Below, in pieces: positions 28,573 to 38,098 of a DNA stretch of 64,000 bases. The notes beneath the pieces are model-generated. The model saw nothing but the letters and a program-made list of their open reading frames with translations, ran no database searches and had not been told where the DNA came from. Source of the DNA: Minisyncoccota bacterium (GTDB lineage Bacteria > Patescibacteriota > Minisyncoccia > Phycocordibacterales > UBA2100); contig JARLIE010000183.1 of NCBI GenBank assembly GCA_031291875.1, positions 65,356 through 129,355 on the forward strand, written 5' to 3'. A program made the position numbers and the translations under genes. Position 1 is the first letter of the stretch; every line of letters begins with the position of its first letter.

Positions 28573-28902
28573 CTACAGGGCAGGCTCAGTCGTCGAGCCG
28601 ACTTCTTCCAACTGGATCGTGCCGGATGTCGATTCAACGAACTGGGTGGTGGATCCGTACGCTTGCTGTAGCTGCTGAGCGCCAGCCGAAAAGGCTGCCT
28701 GAGCTTGCGTAATGCCCGTTGAGCTTGCAACAGCACTTGCCGCACTTTTGAAATTAGGTGCCGGCGTTGTCGAGAGGGTGTGGAAAAAAAAGATGAGCCA
28801 ACCGATCAAAAGTATTCCGGCAACGCCCAGCGCAATCGATGCCGCGATCGCGGTCTTTTCATGCTTGGGCTTCTCGCGCAATTGTTGCAGAGCTTCTCTC
28901 AC
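28573..28902 (-). CDS. Small single-TM protein, hypothetical
   Basis: MREALQQLREKPKHEKTAIAASIALGVAGILLIGWLIFFF..., then an A/S/T/Q-rich tail. Confidence 0.4.
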   Translation of the reverse strand: MREALQQLREKPKHEKTAIAASIALGVAGILLIGWLIFFFHTLSTTPAPNFKSAASAVASSTGITQAQAAFSAGAQQLQQAYGSTTQFVESTSGTIQLEEVGSTTEPAL

Positions 28903-28903
28903 T

Positions 28904-29524
28904 CTACGATTGTAACACTACGACATCGCCTTCCTTGCCCGCGAGGTCGCGCAATTTGACAGTGAATTTCTCGAGAGGCTTTGATCCTTCGTCTCCTGCT
29001 TCCTTTAGAAATTGTTTGAGCGTTTTGTCGTCGTACAAAATCGGAATAATGACTTTCGGTTCCAGCTTTACCGCAAGCTTTGCTGCATCTGCCGGGTTTA
29101 AGGTTCCCTCGCCGCCGATCGGCATGATCAGAATGTCTGGCGAATCCATTTCAAATACCTCTTTCGGAAGATTCGAATCCTCGAGTGCCCCGAGATACAG
29201 CACCGACATATCATCAAACGTGAGCGAGTAGACGGTATTGATGCGCTCTTCGCCGCCGTATTGCGACTTTGATGGAAAGCCGGCGGCTGTTATCTCTTTC
29301 ACTTCGTATTCGCCCGGACCAAAGATTACGAACGGTTGTTTATCACCGCGGGCGGCTTCTTCTGCACCATTCATATCGGGATTGTTTACCGAGATAAATG
29401 CGACGTCGGCGCCGAAGTTCACCGGTTTGAAGTTTTTGGATTTCTTCGAGACCGGCGAGAACACAATAGTTGTATCGCCTGCTTGTGCGCGGATGCATGC
29501 TCCGTCGTGGAATGTCAAAATCAT
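28904..29524 (-). CDS. MBL-fold (UPF0173-like) metal-dependent hydrolase family protein
   Basis: MILTFHDGACIRAQAGDTTIVFSPV... resembles the MKITwLGHacf..e..g..iliDP openings of UPF0173 proteins. 206 aa. Confidence 0.45.
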   Translation of the reverse strand: MILTFHDGACIRAQAGDTTIVFSPVSKKSKNFKPVNFGADVAFISVNNPDMNGAEEAARGDKQPFVIFGPGEYEVKEITAAGFPSKSQYGGEERINTVYSLTFDDMSVLYLGALEDSNLPKEVFEMDSPDILIMPIGGEGTLNPADAAKLAVKLEPKVIIPILYDDKTLKQFLKEAGDEGSKPLEKFTVKLRDLAGKEGDVVVLQS

Positions 29525-29618
29525 GGCGTGAAGTATAGCTGTTTTTTGCCAGAGCAGCTATTTGACATAGATGTTTTATGGTCGTACAATACCAGTAGGT
29601 TCACTTTGGGGTACTCCA

Positions 29619-29930
29619 ATGAATAAACTTGTTAGTTTTCTCTTCCTCGCAAGCGTTTCCTTTGGCATCGGCACTGCTATCTCTTCGTTCGCGGACGCGT
29701 CCAAAGAGATCATCGTCAATCGCGCGCTCAAAACCGATCGGCTGCTGCTACCGAACACAGGGCCGCAATCGGTCGATCGGACGCACAAGAGCGACAAATT
29801 GAAAGTGATCAAGCCTCGATCCATGATCGACAATCGCTGGCGTCCTACCTCAGAAACGGGCCCTTGCCCTACGAAGACGTGGGAACAAGACCCGCTGAAA
29901 CAAACATTTCCCGGGCGTTGCTTCGCCTGA
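29619..29930 (+). CDS. Small secreted protein, hypothetical
   Basis: MNKLVSFLFLASVSFGIGTAISSFA signal peptide, 104 aa. Confidence 0.4.
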   Translation: MNKLVSFLFLASVSFGIGTAISSFADASKEIIVNRALKTDRLLLPNTGPQSVDRTHKSDKLKVIKPRSMIDNRWRPTSETGPCPTKTWEQDPLKQTFPGRCFA

Positions 29931-29937
29931 GAATCAC

Positions 29938-29976
29938 AAGATCCCGGCTGCTTCGCCGGGATCTTTTCTTTTTTTG
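29938..29976. terminator. Bidirectional hairpin terminator between the convergent genes
   Basis: aagatcccggctgcttcgccgggatctt followed by ttctttttttg. Confidence 0.45.
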
Positions 29977-29977
29977 T

Positions 29978-30481
29978 CTACTGCGTAATCGATCCTTTCT
30001 TGCCTTCGACCTGCTCCTTCAGAAGGTCTCGGATCTCCGAAAGGAGTTTTTCTTGCGTCGAGATCGGTTCGGGAGGTGCCGCCTTCTCCTCCTCCTCTTG
30101 TTCACTCATCATTCTTTTGAAAGCGCCCGCGAAGAGCTTGTACATCAAGAAGATGGAAAGTGCGACAATGAGGAAGTTGATAGTTACCTGGATGAGATGA
30201 CCGTAGCCCACGACAAGCGCCGGTGTCGATGAACCATTCAATGTTTGTTCGGGCCGGATCGTGTACCCCCAATGGCTGAAATCGACGTTATTTGTTCCAA
30301 GCGAAATAAAGGGTGTAATGATGTCATTGACGATGGAGTTGACGACGGCACTGAAGGCGCCGCCGACTACAACTGCGACTGCCAGCTGGGCGGCATTGCC
30401 CCTTGCGGCAAAGGCCCAAAACTCGCTAAAAAAGCCGCCTACCCTGTTCGCAACCCTGCGCTGCGCTTCTTTCGCTGTCAT
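29978..30481 (-). CDS. mscL: Large-conductance mechanosensitive channel MscL
   Basis: Start at MTAKEAQ. GNAAQLAVAVVVGGAFSAVVNSIVNDIITPFI matches the MscL TM1 signature; a second TM and an acidic C-terminal tail follow. Confidence 0.8.
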   Translation of the reverse strand: MTAKEAQRRVANRVGGFFSEFWAFAARGNAAQLAVAVVVGGAFSAVVNSIVNDIITPFISLGTNNVDFSHWGYTIRPEQTLNGSSTPALVVGYGHLIQVTINFLIVALSIFLMYKLFAGAFKRMMSEQEEEEKAAPPEPISTQEKLLSEIRDLLKEQVEGKKGSITQ

Positions 30482-30722
30482 GAAGCGAATAGTACCACGT
30501 AGGCATGGACGTTTGCATCCCGCTACTCCTTCATATATATTGTGCGTGCCGCTCAGCGGCATTATTGTTTAACGAGCGAGCGAAATGAACACTTGTGTTC
30601 ATTTCCGAGCAAGTGCGAACAATATGAAGGCTTTTAGCCTGAATATTATTACTAATTTCCGGTAACGCTTCCCTGCACGCAGTCACGGTAGAGCAAGCAG
30701 GATAGCCCGGATCTCTATAAAA

Positions 30723-31832
30723 ATGTCTACAGCAGAACTCGAGACGAAAGTCTCTGAAGTGGAAGAAGTGAAGGAGGCTACTGGCCCAATGGCCGAGCTC
30801 CTCAAAACGGCGCCGCACACGCCGATGCTTGACGATGTGGTGGAAGGACCCGTCGTCGCTATCGGTCGCGCAAAGGTCTACATCGACCTTCCCCCGTTCG
30901 GCACCGGCATTATCTACGGTCGCGAGTACCTCTCAGCCCGTGAGACGTTGAAAAACGTCCACCTCGGCGACACGGTAACCGCGAAGGTCGTCGGACTCGA
31001 TAACGAAGAGGGATACATCGAGCTCTCGCTGCGCGAGGCTCGCGCGGCGCTCATGTGGAACGAAGCCGAGGTCGCGATGCAAAAGAAGACGGTATTCGAT
31101 CTTCCGATCGCGGACGCCAACAAGGGCGGTCTTATCGTGCACTGGCAAGGCATTCAGGGTTTCCTCCCTGCTTCGCAACTCGCGCCGGCGCACTACCCGC
31201 GCGTCCCGGACGGCGATAAGGACAAGATCTTCCTCGAGCTCAAGAAGCTCGTCGGTCAGAAACTCGAGATGGTTATTATCACCGCGAGCCCGAAGGAGCA
31301 GAAGCTTATCTTCGGCGAGAAGGGCGCAGGCCAATCGGAACGCTCTTCGCTTGTTGAGAAGTACCATGTCGGCGATGTGCTCGACGGCGTCGTAACCGGC
31401 GCGACCGAGTTCGGCGTCTTCGTCAAATTGGAGGAAGGCCTCGAAGGCTTGGTGCACATTTCAGAAATGGACTGGGCGCTCGTCGAGAATCCAAAGACTC
31501 GCTACAAGGCTGGTGAGAAGGTCAATGTGAAGGTCATCGAGATTAAGGACGACAAGATCTCGCTCTCAATCAAAGCACTCAAAGACGATCCGTGGAAGAC
31601 GGCTGCCGCAAAGTACAAGAAAGACCAGAAGGTCGAGGCCGTTGTCATCAAATACAACAAGCACGGCGCGCTCGCTTCTATCGAAGAGGGTGTGGCGGGA
31701 TTGGTGCACGTTTCCGAATTCGGCAACGAAGACGAACTTCGCCAAAAGCTCGAGCTCGGCAAGGTCTACCCTTTCACGATCACATTCTTCGAACCGAAAG
31801 ATCGTCGCATGACGCTCAAGCCGGTCAACTAA
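30723..31832 (+). CDS. rpsA: 30S ribosomal protein S1 (four S1 domains)
   Basis: Four repeated OB-fold S1 units (..GDTVTAKVVGLD..; ..GQKLEMVIITASPKEQKLIF..; ..GDVLDGVVTGATEFGVFVKL..; ..GEKVNVKVIEIKDDKISLS..). Confidence 0.85.
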   Translation: MSTAELETKVSEVEEVKEATGPMAELLKTAPHTPMLDDVVEGPVVAIGRAKVYIDLPPFGTGIIYGREYLSARETLKNVHLGDTVTAKVVGLDNEEGYIELSLREARAALMWNEAEVAMQKKTVFDLPIADANKGGLIVHWQGIQGFLPASQLAPAHYPRVPDGDKDKIFLELKKLVGQKLEMVIITASPKEQKLIFGEKGAGQSERSSLVEKYHVGDVLDGVVTGATEFGVFVKLEEGLEGLVHISEMDWALVENPKTRYKAGEKVNVKVIEIKDDKISLSIKALKDDPWKTAAAKYKKDQKVEAVVIKYNKHGALASIEEGVAGLVHVSEFGNEDELRQKLELGKVYPFTITFFEPKDRRMTLKPVN

Positions 31833-31852
31833 CCTCAGTCAATCCAAAAACA

Positions 31853-31887
31853 AAAACCGCGACAATGAGTCGCGGTTTTTGTTTTGT
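31853..31887 (+). terminator. Rho-independent terminator after rpsA
   Basis: aaaaccgcgacaatgagtcgcggtttttgttttg. Confidence 0.6.
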
Positions 31888-31926
31888 CTTTCCAAACCCC
31901 ACGGGGTCGAACCTTGTCCGCTTGGT

Positions 31927-32382
31927 TTATTCGATTTCGCCGGGGTGCCAACCAAATTCGGCTAGAGCGATGTTGGATTTGTATTTTTCTATCGCAAAAC
32001 GAACCGACGGAACGGTATTTTCAGGCAACGTGTTGAGCGAGAACCACGAAAGATCATCGCACTTTTCTGGTTCGGTATTTTGCGGCTCACCTTCCCATTC
32101 CGATATCACGAAGAAAAAGTCCATATAACTGCGGCCGTTCGAGGTTCGGTGCATGACGTGCACGAACCGCTCCTGTCCCGGTCGCAATTCGATCCCCGTT
32201 TCCTCACGCACCTCGCGTCGCAAAGCCTCGGTGATCGATTCCCCAGCTTCGAGATGTCCGGCCGGCAATCCATAGTTGCCGTCTTGCCAGCCTGTATTGA
32301 ACCTTCGGAGCATCAATAACCGATCGTCTTTGATAAGAAGTCCATATACCGCAGCCCGAAGCGTAAATCGTTCGTCAGCCAT
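31927..32382 (-). CDS. NUDIX hydrolase
   Basis: Nudix box GHLEAGESITEALRREVREETGIE. Confidence 0.8.
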   Translation of the reverse strand: MADERFTLRAAVYGLLIKDDRLLMLRRFNTGWQDGNYGLPAGHLEAGESITEALRREVREETGIELRPGQERFVHVMHRTSNGRSYMDFFFVISEWEGEPQNTEPEKCDDLSWFSLNTLPENTVPSVRFAIEKYKSNIALAEFGWHPGEIE

Positions 32383-32383
32383 G

Positions 32384-32980
32384 TCAGTTGCAACGATTCA
32401 TCGCAATCTCGCGACCTTCCGTGACCGTCATTTCTATTGCTTCTGAAACTTTTTTGAAAATCTTCTTGAGCTCGTCGAGTTCGGCAGGCTTGAAGCGCGC
32501 AAGAATGAATGTAACGACTTCCTGCTCGCCGAGAGGTTTCTTTGCCCGGCCATTTTTGCCCTCCGGCGAAACACCGACGCGAATACGAACGAACTTTTTG
32601 GTCTTTATAGAACGAGTGATCGACTCAATCCCCTTGTGTCCGCCCGATCCTCGATCGAAAGAGAGCTTTATTTTGCCTAGCGGAAGGTCCAGATCGTCAT
32701 ACACGACGATCAATCGCTCTGCTGCCTTCTGACTTTTGATAAATTTCGCGACGGAAACGCCGGATTTGTTCATAAAGGTGTCCGGATTTACCAAAACGGC
32801 AAGTGTTTTGCCGATCATGCCGCGATTTACTTGCGCCTTTGCTTTCTTATCCTCTTTCCATTCACTAAATGCGTGCTGCTTTGCGAAAAACTCGAGTGCC
32901 ATACGACCAGTATTGTGTCGCGTGTTCGTAAATTCTTCTCCGGGATTGCCGAGGCCTGCAATAATCCATGTCATTGTCAT
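32384..32980 (-). CDS. pth: Peptidyl-tRNA hydrolase
   Basis: WIIAGLGNPGEEFTNTRHNTG with the catalytic His, and ...VYDDLDLPLGKIKL. Confidence 0.9.
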   Translation of the reverse strand: MTMTWIIAGLGNPGEEFTNTRHNTGRMALEFFAKQHAFSEWKEDKKAKAQVNRGMIGKTLAVLVNPDTFMNKSGVSVAKFIKSQKAAERLIVVYDDLDLPLGKIKLSFDRGSGGHKGIESITRSIKTKKFVRIRVGVSPEGKNGRAKKPLGEQEVVTFILARFKPAELDELKKIFKKVSEAIEMTVTEGREIAMNRCN

Positions 32981-33207
32981 GAATCATAGAACGAAAAAAT
33001 AAAAATGACGAACGGCACGCGTCGAATTTCATTCGAATCGCGAAAATTTGCGATGCACAATCTCTATCACTTTGTGTCAACGCACGGCTCGGGTATAATG
33101 CTTGCACATGAGCTCCGTTAGAAAAGTTTTCGACGGTGCGTTTCTCCGAAAAAGTTCTTTTGCCATGAACATCCGCTCCATTGAGCACGGCAAAAGTCAC
33201 CAGTGAT

Positions 33208-33867
33208 ATGCCAAACGACGGGGTCCCGCAATTTACGCAACCTGTCGGCCGAGAAGGCGGAGAATCGTATCTCGCGCTCGCACTCTATACGATCATTGCA
33301 CTCGGTTTGGCGCTCGTAATTCGCTTTTTTGTCGCTGCTCCCTACGTTGTCGACGGCACTTCAATGCTTCCGACGTTCCAAAACTGGAATTATCTCATCG
33401 TCGATCGTGTTACCTACGACTTTTCGGCTCCCCAACGCGGCGACGTGGTCGTTTTGGCACTACCGGAAGACACTTCGCGCGATCTCATCAAGCGTGTGAT
33501 CGGTTTGCCTGGCGATACAGTGGTCATTTCTGGTACCAAACCGACCATCACCGTCTACAACGAGCAAAATAAGAACGGTTTCGTGATAGACGAGCCGTAT
33601 ATCGACCCTGCCAACTATGGCGGACCAACCAACATCACCGTTACTCTCGGCGCAAACCAGTACTACGTACTCGGCGACAACCGCGACGTCTCAGCCGACT
33701 CGCGCACCTGGGGCGTTTTGCCGCGACAAGACATTGTCGGTCGCGTTTTGCTTCGACTGTATCCGTTCAACGAGATAGGCATCTTTCCGGGCGAAGCGCG
33801 CTACGCGCAACCTGCATCCGCAGGCGCGAGCGTCGCCAGTTCGACCCGATCAGCGACTACAAAATGA
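33208..33867 (+). CDS. lepB: Signal peptidase I (S26)
   Basis: TM anchor, GTSMLPTF (Ser box), KRVIGLPGD (Lys box), YYVLGDNRDVSADSR. TTG at 33181 is an alternative start. Confidence 0.8.
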   Translation: MPNDGVPQFTQPVGREGGESYLALALYTIIALGLALVIRFFVAAPYVVDGTSMLPTFQNWNYLIVDRVTYDFSAPQRGDVVVLALPEDTSRDLIKRVIGLPGDTVVISGTKPTITVYNEQNKNGFVIDEPYIDPANYGGPTNITVTLGANQYYVLGDNRDVSADSRTWGVLPRQDIVGRVLLRLYPFNEIGIFPGEARYAQPASAGASVASSTRSATTK

Positions 33868-35075
33868 TCCGCTTGCGCGATACGCGTCATGAGAACACCG
33901 CAGCCTTTCTGGGCTCGGCTATCAAGATTGCTGAATATTACGGATTCGTTCCGCTTGAGGACGCTTTGAAGTCCTCGACACAAGCCGGAGCGCGCAAATC
34001 ACTCGTCAATCCAAAGGCAGAGGGCGATATCTCGTTCGCTCGCCGCGAAGAGCGCGCGCTTGCACAAATCGCTCGTCGCTCAGCGCAGTGCATGCGCGGC
34101 GAAACGCCTGAAACCGGCGCACATATGTTCTGGCGCACGACGCCGGGCCAAAGTTCTTTCCCTTCAATCTCGCTCGAGCTGCATGTCGCCGGCGCGCGAG
34201 GCGCGATTGCCGAAGCGCTCCTACTCATCGTCGCCTCGACCATCGCCGAGGAAGCCGGTTTGCCCCGGCCAACGCTTTCGATCAACAACATCGGCTCGAT
34301 GGAATCGTCCAACCGATTCGTGCGCGACGTCGGTACCTATTTGCGCAAGCACTTGGATACGATCTCTCCGACCCTACGCCCCAAGGCCGCAACCGATCCG
34401 CTCGGCACGCTCGTACAATTGATCGAAAAGGGTCACCCTGCCATCGCGCGAGCGCCGCAGGCGATGGAATACCTCACCGAAGATGAACGCCGCCGTTTCT
34501 GGGAGCTCCTTGAATACCTTGAGGTTTCCGGACTCTCGTACGAACTCTCGCCGCACATCCTCGGTAGCCGCGATTGCTGGGCGCATTCACTCTACGAGCT
34601 CTCGACCATGGATAACGAGACGAATTCCCGTATTCCGGTTGCCTTCGGCGGACGCTACGATCCTCTCGCAAGCCGCTTCGGGGGTACCGCAGGCGCCGCC
34701 ACCATCTCGATCACCTGCGAGGTTAAGGGCAAGACTCGCTTTAAGCACGAAACCCCTGGCGTCCCGGCCATTTACTTTGCTCATTTGGGCATTGAGGCTC
34801 GCCGCGCCTCCCTCAAGGCACTCGACGTCCTTCGACGCGCGGAAATCCCCGTCTATCACAGCCTTTGCTACGAAAAGATCGGCGAACAAATGACGCAGGC
34901 CAAGACACTCGCCGCTCCATACGTACTCATCGTGGGCTACAAGGAGGCAATGGACAGCACCGTTATGGTCCGTGAGGTTGCCACGAATTCGCAAGAATCA
35001 ATACCGCTTCCGGAGCTTCCGGGCTACCTCAAACGTCGCCGTGTCGGGAATTGGAAAGGCGGAGTCGCCGCATAA
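33864..35075 (+). CDS. Histidyl-tRNA synthetase-like protein (HisRS/HisZ family, divergent N-terminal half)
   Basis: Motif-3-like GGRYDPLASRFGG and a C-terminal anticodon-binding-like segment PYVLIVGYKEAMDSTVMVREVATNSQESIPL. Class II motifs 1 and 2 are not clearly recognisable. Confidence 0.45.
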   Translation: MIRLRDTRHENTAAFLGSAIKIAEYYGFVPLEDALKSSTQAGARKSLVNPKAEGDISFARREERALAQIARRSAQCMRGETPETGAHMFWRTTPGQSSFPSISLELHVAGARGAIAEALLLIVASTIAEEAGLPRPTLSINNIGSMESSNRFVRDVGTYLRKHLDTISPTLRPKAATDPLGTLVQLIEKGHPAIARAPQAMEYLTEDERRRFWELLEYLEVSGLSYELSPHILGSRDCWAHSLYELSTMDNETNSRIPVAFGGRYDPLASRFGGTAGAATISITCEVKGKTRFKHETPGVPAIYFAHLGIEARRASLKALDVLRRAEIPVYHSLCYEKIGEQMTQAKTLAAPYVLIVGYKEAMDSTVMVREVATNSQESIPLPELPGYLKRRRVGNWKGGVAA

Positions 35076-35115
35076 CCTTGCTCAACTCCTAGGGTTCATG
35101 CTATAGTCCCGCCAC

Positions 35116-35442
35116 ATGGCAATTAATGCAGAAGTACAGAAAAGCGGCAGCGAGAACGTCCTCTCGACCATCCGCAAATTCTCCCGCCGCGTTCAAGGCA
35201 CGGGGCTCGTAAAGAACGCGCGCGCCAACCGTTATTTCGAGCGCCAAAAGTCCAAGACTGTTCAGAAAAAGCGCGCGCTCAAGATGCTCAAGCGCCGCGC
35301 CGACTACCAAAAGGCAGTGAAGGATGGCAAGATCGCGGAAGCCCCGATGCGCGGTCAACGCCCCAACATGGCTCCTCGCCGCGAGAGCGAAGCCCCTCGA
35401 TCACAATCCGGCCTCGGCGACTCAACCCCGATCGCTCGCTAA
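35116..35442 (+). CDS. rpsU: 30S ribosomal protein S21 with extended basic C-terminus
   Basis: VLSTIRKFSRRVQGTGLVKNARANRYFERQKSKTVQKKRALKMLKRR matches the S21 pattern (..ALRRFKR.cek.Gvl.e.rrreFyEkP...rkr). Confidence 0.75.
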   Translation: MAINAEVQKSGSENVLSTIRKFSRRVQGTGLVKNARANRYFERQKSKTVQKKRALKMLKRRADYQKAVKDGKIAEAPMRGQRPNMAPRRESEAPRSQSGLGDSTPIAR

Positions 35443-35460
35443 CCCGTAAAAGATTTTTCG

Positions 35461-35880
35461 ATGAAAAATCTCGCGGGGCAGGCACACTCCATTGTTTCGA
35501 TAAAACAAACGACACGCGGCTCACTGCCGCGTTTGCCGTTTGAGGAAATCGCGAAAAGGATTTTAGGTCCGAACTACGAACTCTCTTTGGTGCTGTGCGG
35601 TGATTCGCTCGCGCAACGCATGAATAAGGAATACCGAAGGAAAACCTATAAGCCCAACGTGCTCTCCTTCCCTATCTCAAAGCATGAGGGTGAGATTTTT
35701 CTTAACGTACACTGCGCCGCCCGAGAAGCGAAGAACTACAACGTGAGCTTGCGCAAACACCTCGCGCTTCTGTTCGTGCACGGCTGCTACCACCTCAAAG
35801 GTCTTGATCACGAAAGCGAGCGCGAAGCCAAAAACATGGAGCGCCTCGAAACAAAGACTCTCGAGCGGTTCGGTTTGTAA
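35461..35880 (+). CDS. ybeY: rRNA maturation endoribonuclease YbeY
   Basis: Metal-binding motif VHGCYHLKGLDHE (H-x3-H-x5-H). Confidence 0.85.
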   Translation: MKNLAGQAHSIVSIKQTTRGSLPRLPFEEIAKRILGPNYELSLVLCGDSLAQRMNKEYRRKTYKPNVLSFPISKHEGEIFLNVHCAAREAKNYNVSLRKHLALLFVHGCYHLKGLDHESEREAKNMERLETKTLERFGL

Positions 35881-35932
35881 TATTTTCCCCATGCGGCATA
35901 GTGTCCGTCAGAAAACCTGATGGAGACTAGGG

Positions 35933-36730
35933 ATGTACAACACTGGAGAACTCTACGAACTTTCGTTCGTCGCTCCGAATGAGGGAGCGAAGCCGAGATT
36001 GGTCTTCACGATTGCAACCGTGTATCTAGAGGAGCTTGTCGAGCGGCTGCGCATACTTTCTACGAAGTGGCATTCGCACGCACAAAACTACTGTCACCGC
36101 GATGTCGAGTTCGTACTGTTTTCAAGCGACCTCTTCGGTCGCGTCGAATTCGGCTACGATCGTTGCGGATTCGTAACGACCTCAAACGAAGAAACGCTGC
36201 TGGAGCTGGATCGCGAGAAGCTCCAAGCATCGACCATGACTCTGAAGCTGCTTACGCTTGCGCTCGCCGTCCCAATCAAAAAACAACGCGCTTCCAATCG
36301 GCTGCAACAAATCGATCTGGAACTGCGATGCGATCCGTTCGACATCAACGGCTACAATCATGCCGTCAGCGGCTATGTTTCGGCGCCGATGATAGCCTGG
36401 CTTCGCAAGCAAGGTATGGCCGATTCAATGCGTTTGCCAAAACCCATCCTTGATTCGATGCGCCAAACCTGGAAAGCGGTCTGTCGCGATGGATTGCAGC
36501 ACTGGGCAGCGGAATGCGACGCATGGGTCGATTCCGACGGAAGATTTATGCTGTGCTGTTTCGGGAACGCGTGCGATATCGCGATCTATCCCGACGGAAG
36601 TTGCGGCAAAATGGACGATGCGTACGTGCGTTTTAGCTGTCACAATCTCGACTCCGCGGTGCAACAGGTAACCTTGCTCGCCGGTCTCGCAAAAATGTGC
36701 GAACTTGCGCGCATTCAGGAGGAACTTTGA
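35933..36730 (+). CDS. Hypothetical protein (265 aa), Cys/His-rich C-terminal half
   Basis: No recognisable family; a strong terminator follows. Confidence 0.45.
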   Translation: MYNTGELYELSFVAPNEGAKPRLVFTIATVYLEELVERLRILSTKWHSHAQNYCHRDVEFVLFSSDLFGRVEFGYDRCGFVTTSNEETLLELDREKLQASTMTLKLLTLALAVPIKKQRASNRLQQIDLELRCDPFDINGYNHAVSGYVSAPMIAWLRKQGMADSMRLPKPILDSMRQTWKAVCRDGLQHWAAECDAWVDSDGRFMLCCFGNACDIAIYPDGSCGKMDDAYVRFSCHNLDSAVQQVTLLAGLAKMCELARIQEEL

Positions 36731-36762
36731 GCCGCTCCCATTTGGGGTGCGGCTCTTTTTTT
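36729..36762 (+). terminator. Rho-independent terminator
   Basis: gagccgctcccatttggggtgcggctc + ttttttt. Confidence 0.65.
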
Positions 36763-36818
36763 AAAAATTCCACAAACCAAAGGTTTCAGCTTCCGGTATT
36801 GCGCGGTAGAATGCTCGG

Positions 36819-37991
36819 ATGGCCCGCACCGTCTATTGTGGTATCGACATCGGCACGTATCACGTGAAGGTTGTCATTGCCGCGCCGGCAGAAAATCCCG
36901 ATATGCCGATGCAAATTCTCGGCACCGGTACCGCTTCTTCTCGCGGCATGCGCCACGGCTACATCATCGACCGCAATGAAGCGACGAAAAGCGTGAAGGA
37001 AGCGCTCGCCCGCGCCTCGTCTTCGGCACGCGTGCAGATCCGCTCGGCGCGCGTCGGCCTCGGCGGAGTCGGTATCGACGAAATACATTCGACCGGCGAC
37101 GTCACACTCACCCCTTCGGGCGGTATCGTCACCCAACAGCAAATCGATCGCGCCATGCGCGAATCCGAAAAGCGCGCCTCGCCGAAGCTTTCCAATCGCA
37201 CCGTCATCCACACAATCCCCCTCGAGTATCGCGTCGACGGTCAAAAGGTCTATGGCAAACCCGAAGGCATGCAGGGCACCAAACTCGCCATCGATACGCT
37301 CCTTATCACAATGCTCACGCAGCATCATGACGATCTTGTCGAAGCTGTCGAATCCTCCGGCGTCGAAGTAGAAGGCGTAATGGTCGCGCCGCTTGCGGCA
37401 GCGCTCGTTACGTTGACGAAAGCGCAAAAGACGGCCGGTGTCTGCCTCGCCAACATCGGGGCCGAAACGCTTTCCATAATCGTATTCGAGGACGACAACC
37501 CGATTTCAATCAAGGTCTTACCGACCGGCTCAGCAGACATCACCAACACAATCGCGCTCTCGTTCCAGATTCCTCTGCCCGAGGCCGAGCAAATGAAGCG
37601 CGGCGCTGTTACCGGTTCTGAAATTCCGATTAGAAAAATGGACTCGATCGTCCAAAGCCGCTTGAAGGAAATGTTCAAACTTATCGCCGCACATCTCAAA
37701 ACAATCGGTCGCGCGCAACTGCTGCCAGCAGGTATTGTCATCACAGGCGGCGGCTCCGGCATGACTTCGACACAAGAGATTGCAAAGGCAATTTTGAAAC
37801 TCCCCTCGCAGGTTGGGCAGATCGGGCATATGTCTCGCAGTGCGACGGTAGATGCTACCTGGGCGGTCGCGTTCGGCCTTTGCAAATGGGCCTACGCGGA
37901 TGACATGATCGAAAAATCATCCTCGCTCGGCGAGGCGTTCAGTGGATTTTGGGACTCCATCAAACGAGGCATCAAAAACCTGCTGCCATAG
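36819..37991 (+). CDS. ftsA: Cell division protein FtsA
   Basis: Actin-fold phosphate-1 motif CGIDIGTYHVKVVIA; immediately upstream of ftsZ. Confidence 0.9.
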   Translation: MARTVYCGIDIGTYHVKVVIAAPAENPDMPMQILGTGTASSRGMRHGYIIDRNEATKSVKEALARASSSARVQIRSARVGLGGVGIDEIHSTGDVTLTPSGGIVTQQQIDRAMRESEKRASPKLSNRTVIHTIPLEYRVDGQKVYGKPEGMQGTKLAIDTLLITMLTQHHDDLVEAVESSGVEVEGVMVAPLAAALVTLTKAQKTAGVCLANIGAETLSIIVFEDDNPISIKVLPTGSADITNTIALSFQIPLPEAEQMKRGAVTGSEIPIRKMDSIVQSRLKEMFKLIAAHLKTIGRAQLLPAGIVITGGGSGMTSTQEIAKAILKLPSQVGQIGHMSRSATVDATWAVAFGLCKWAYADDMIEKSSSLGEAFSGFWDSIKRGIKNLLP

Positions 37992-38098
37992 CGAAGCGAG
38001 GCGACAACCGCGTGCGTTTGGATAGCTAGATAAGAGGTCATGAATATTCATGACCGTCAAGATTGCCGCAATCTTTAAAGTGCTATCATGCGCTCACT

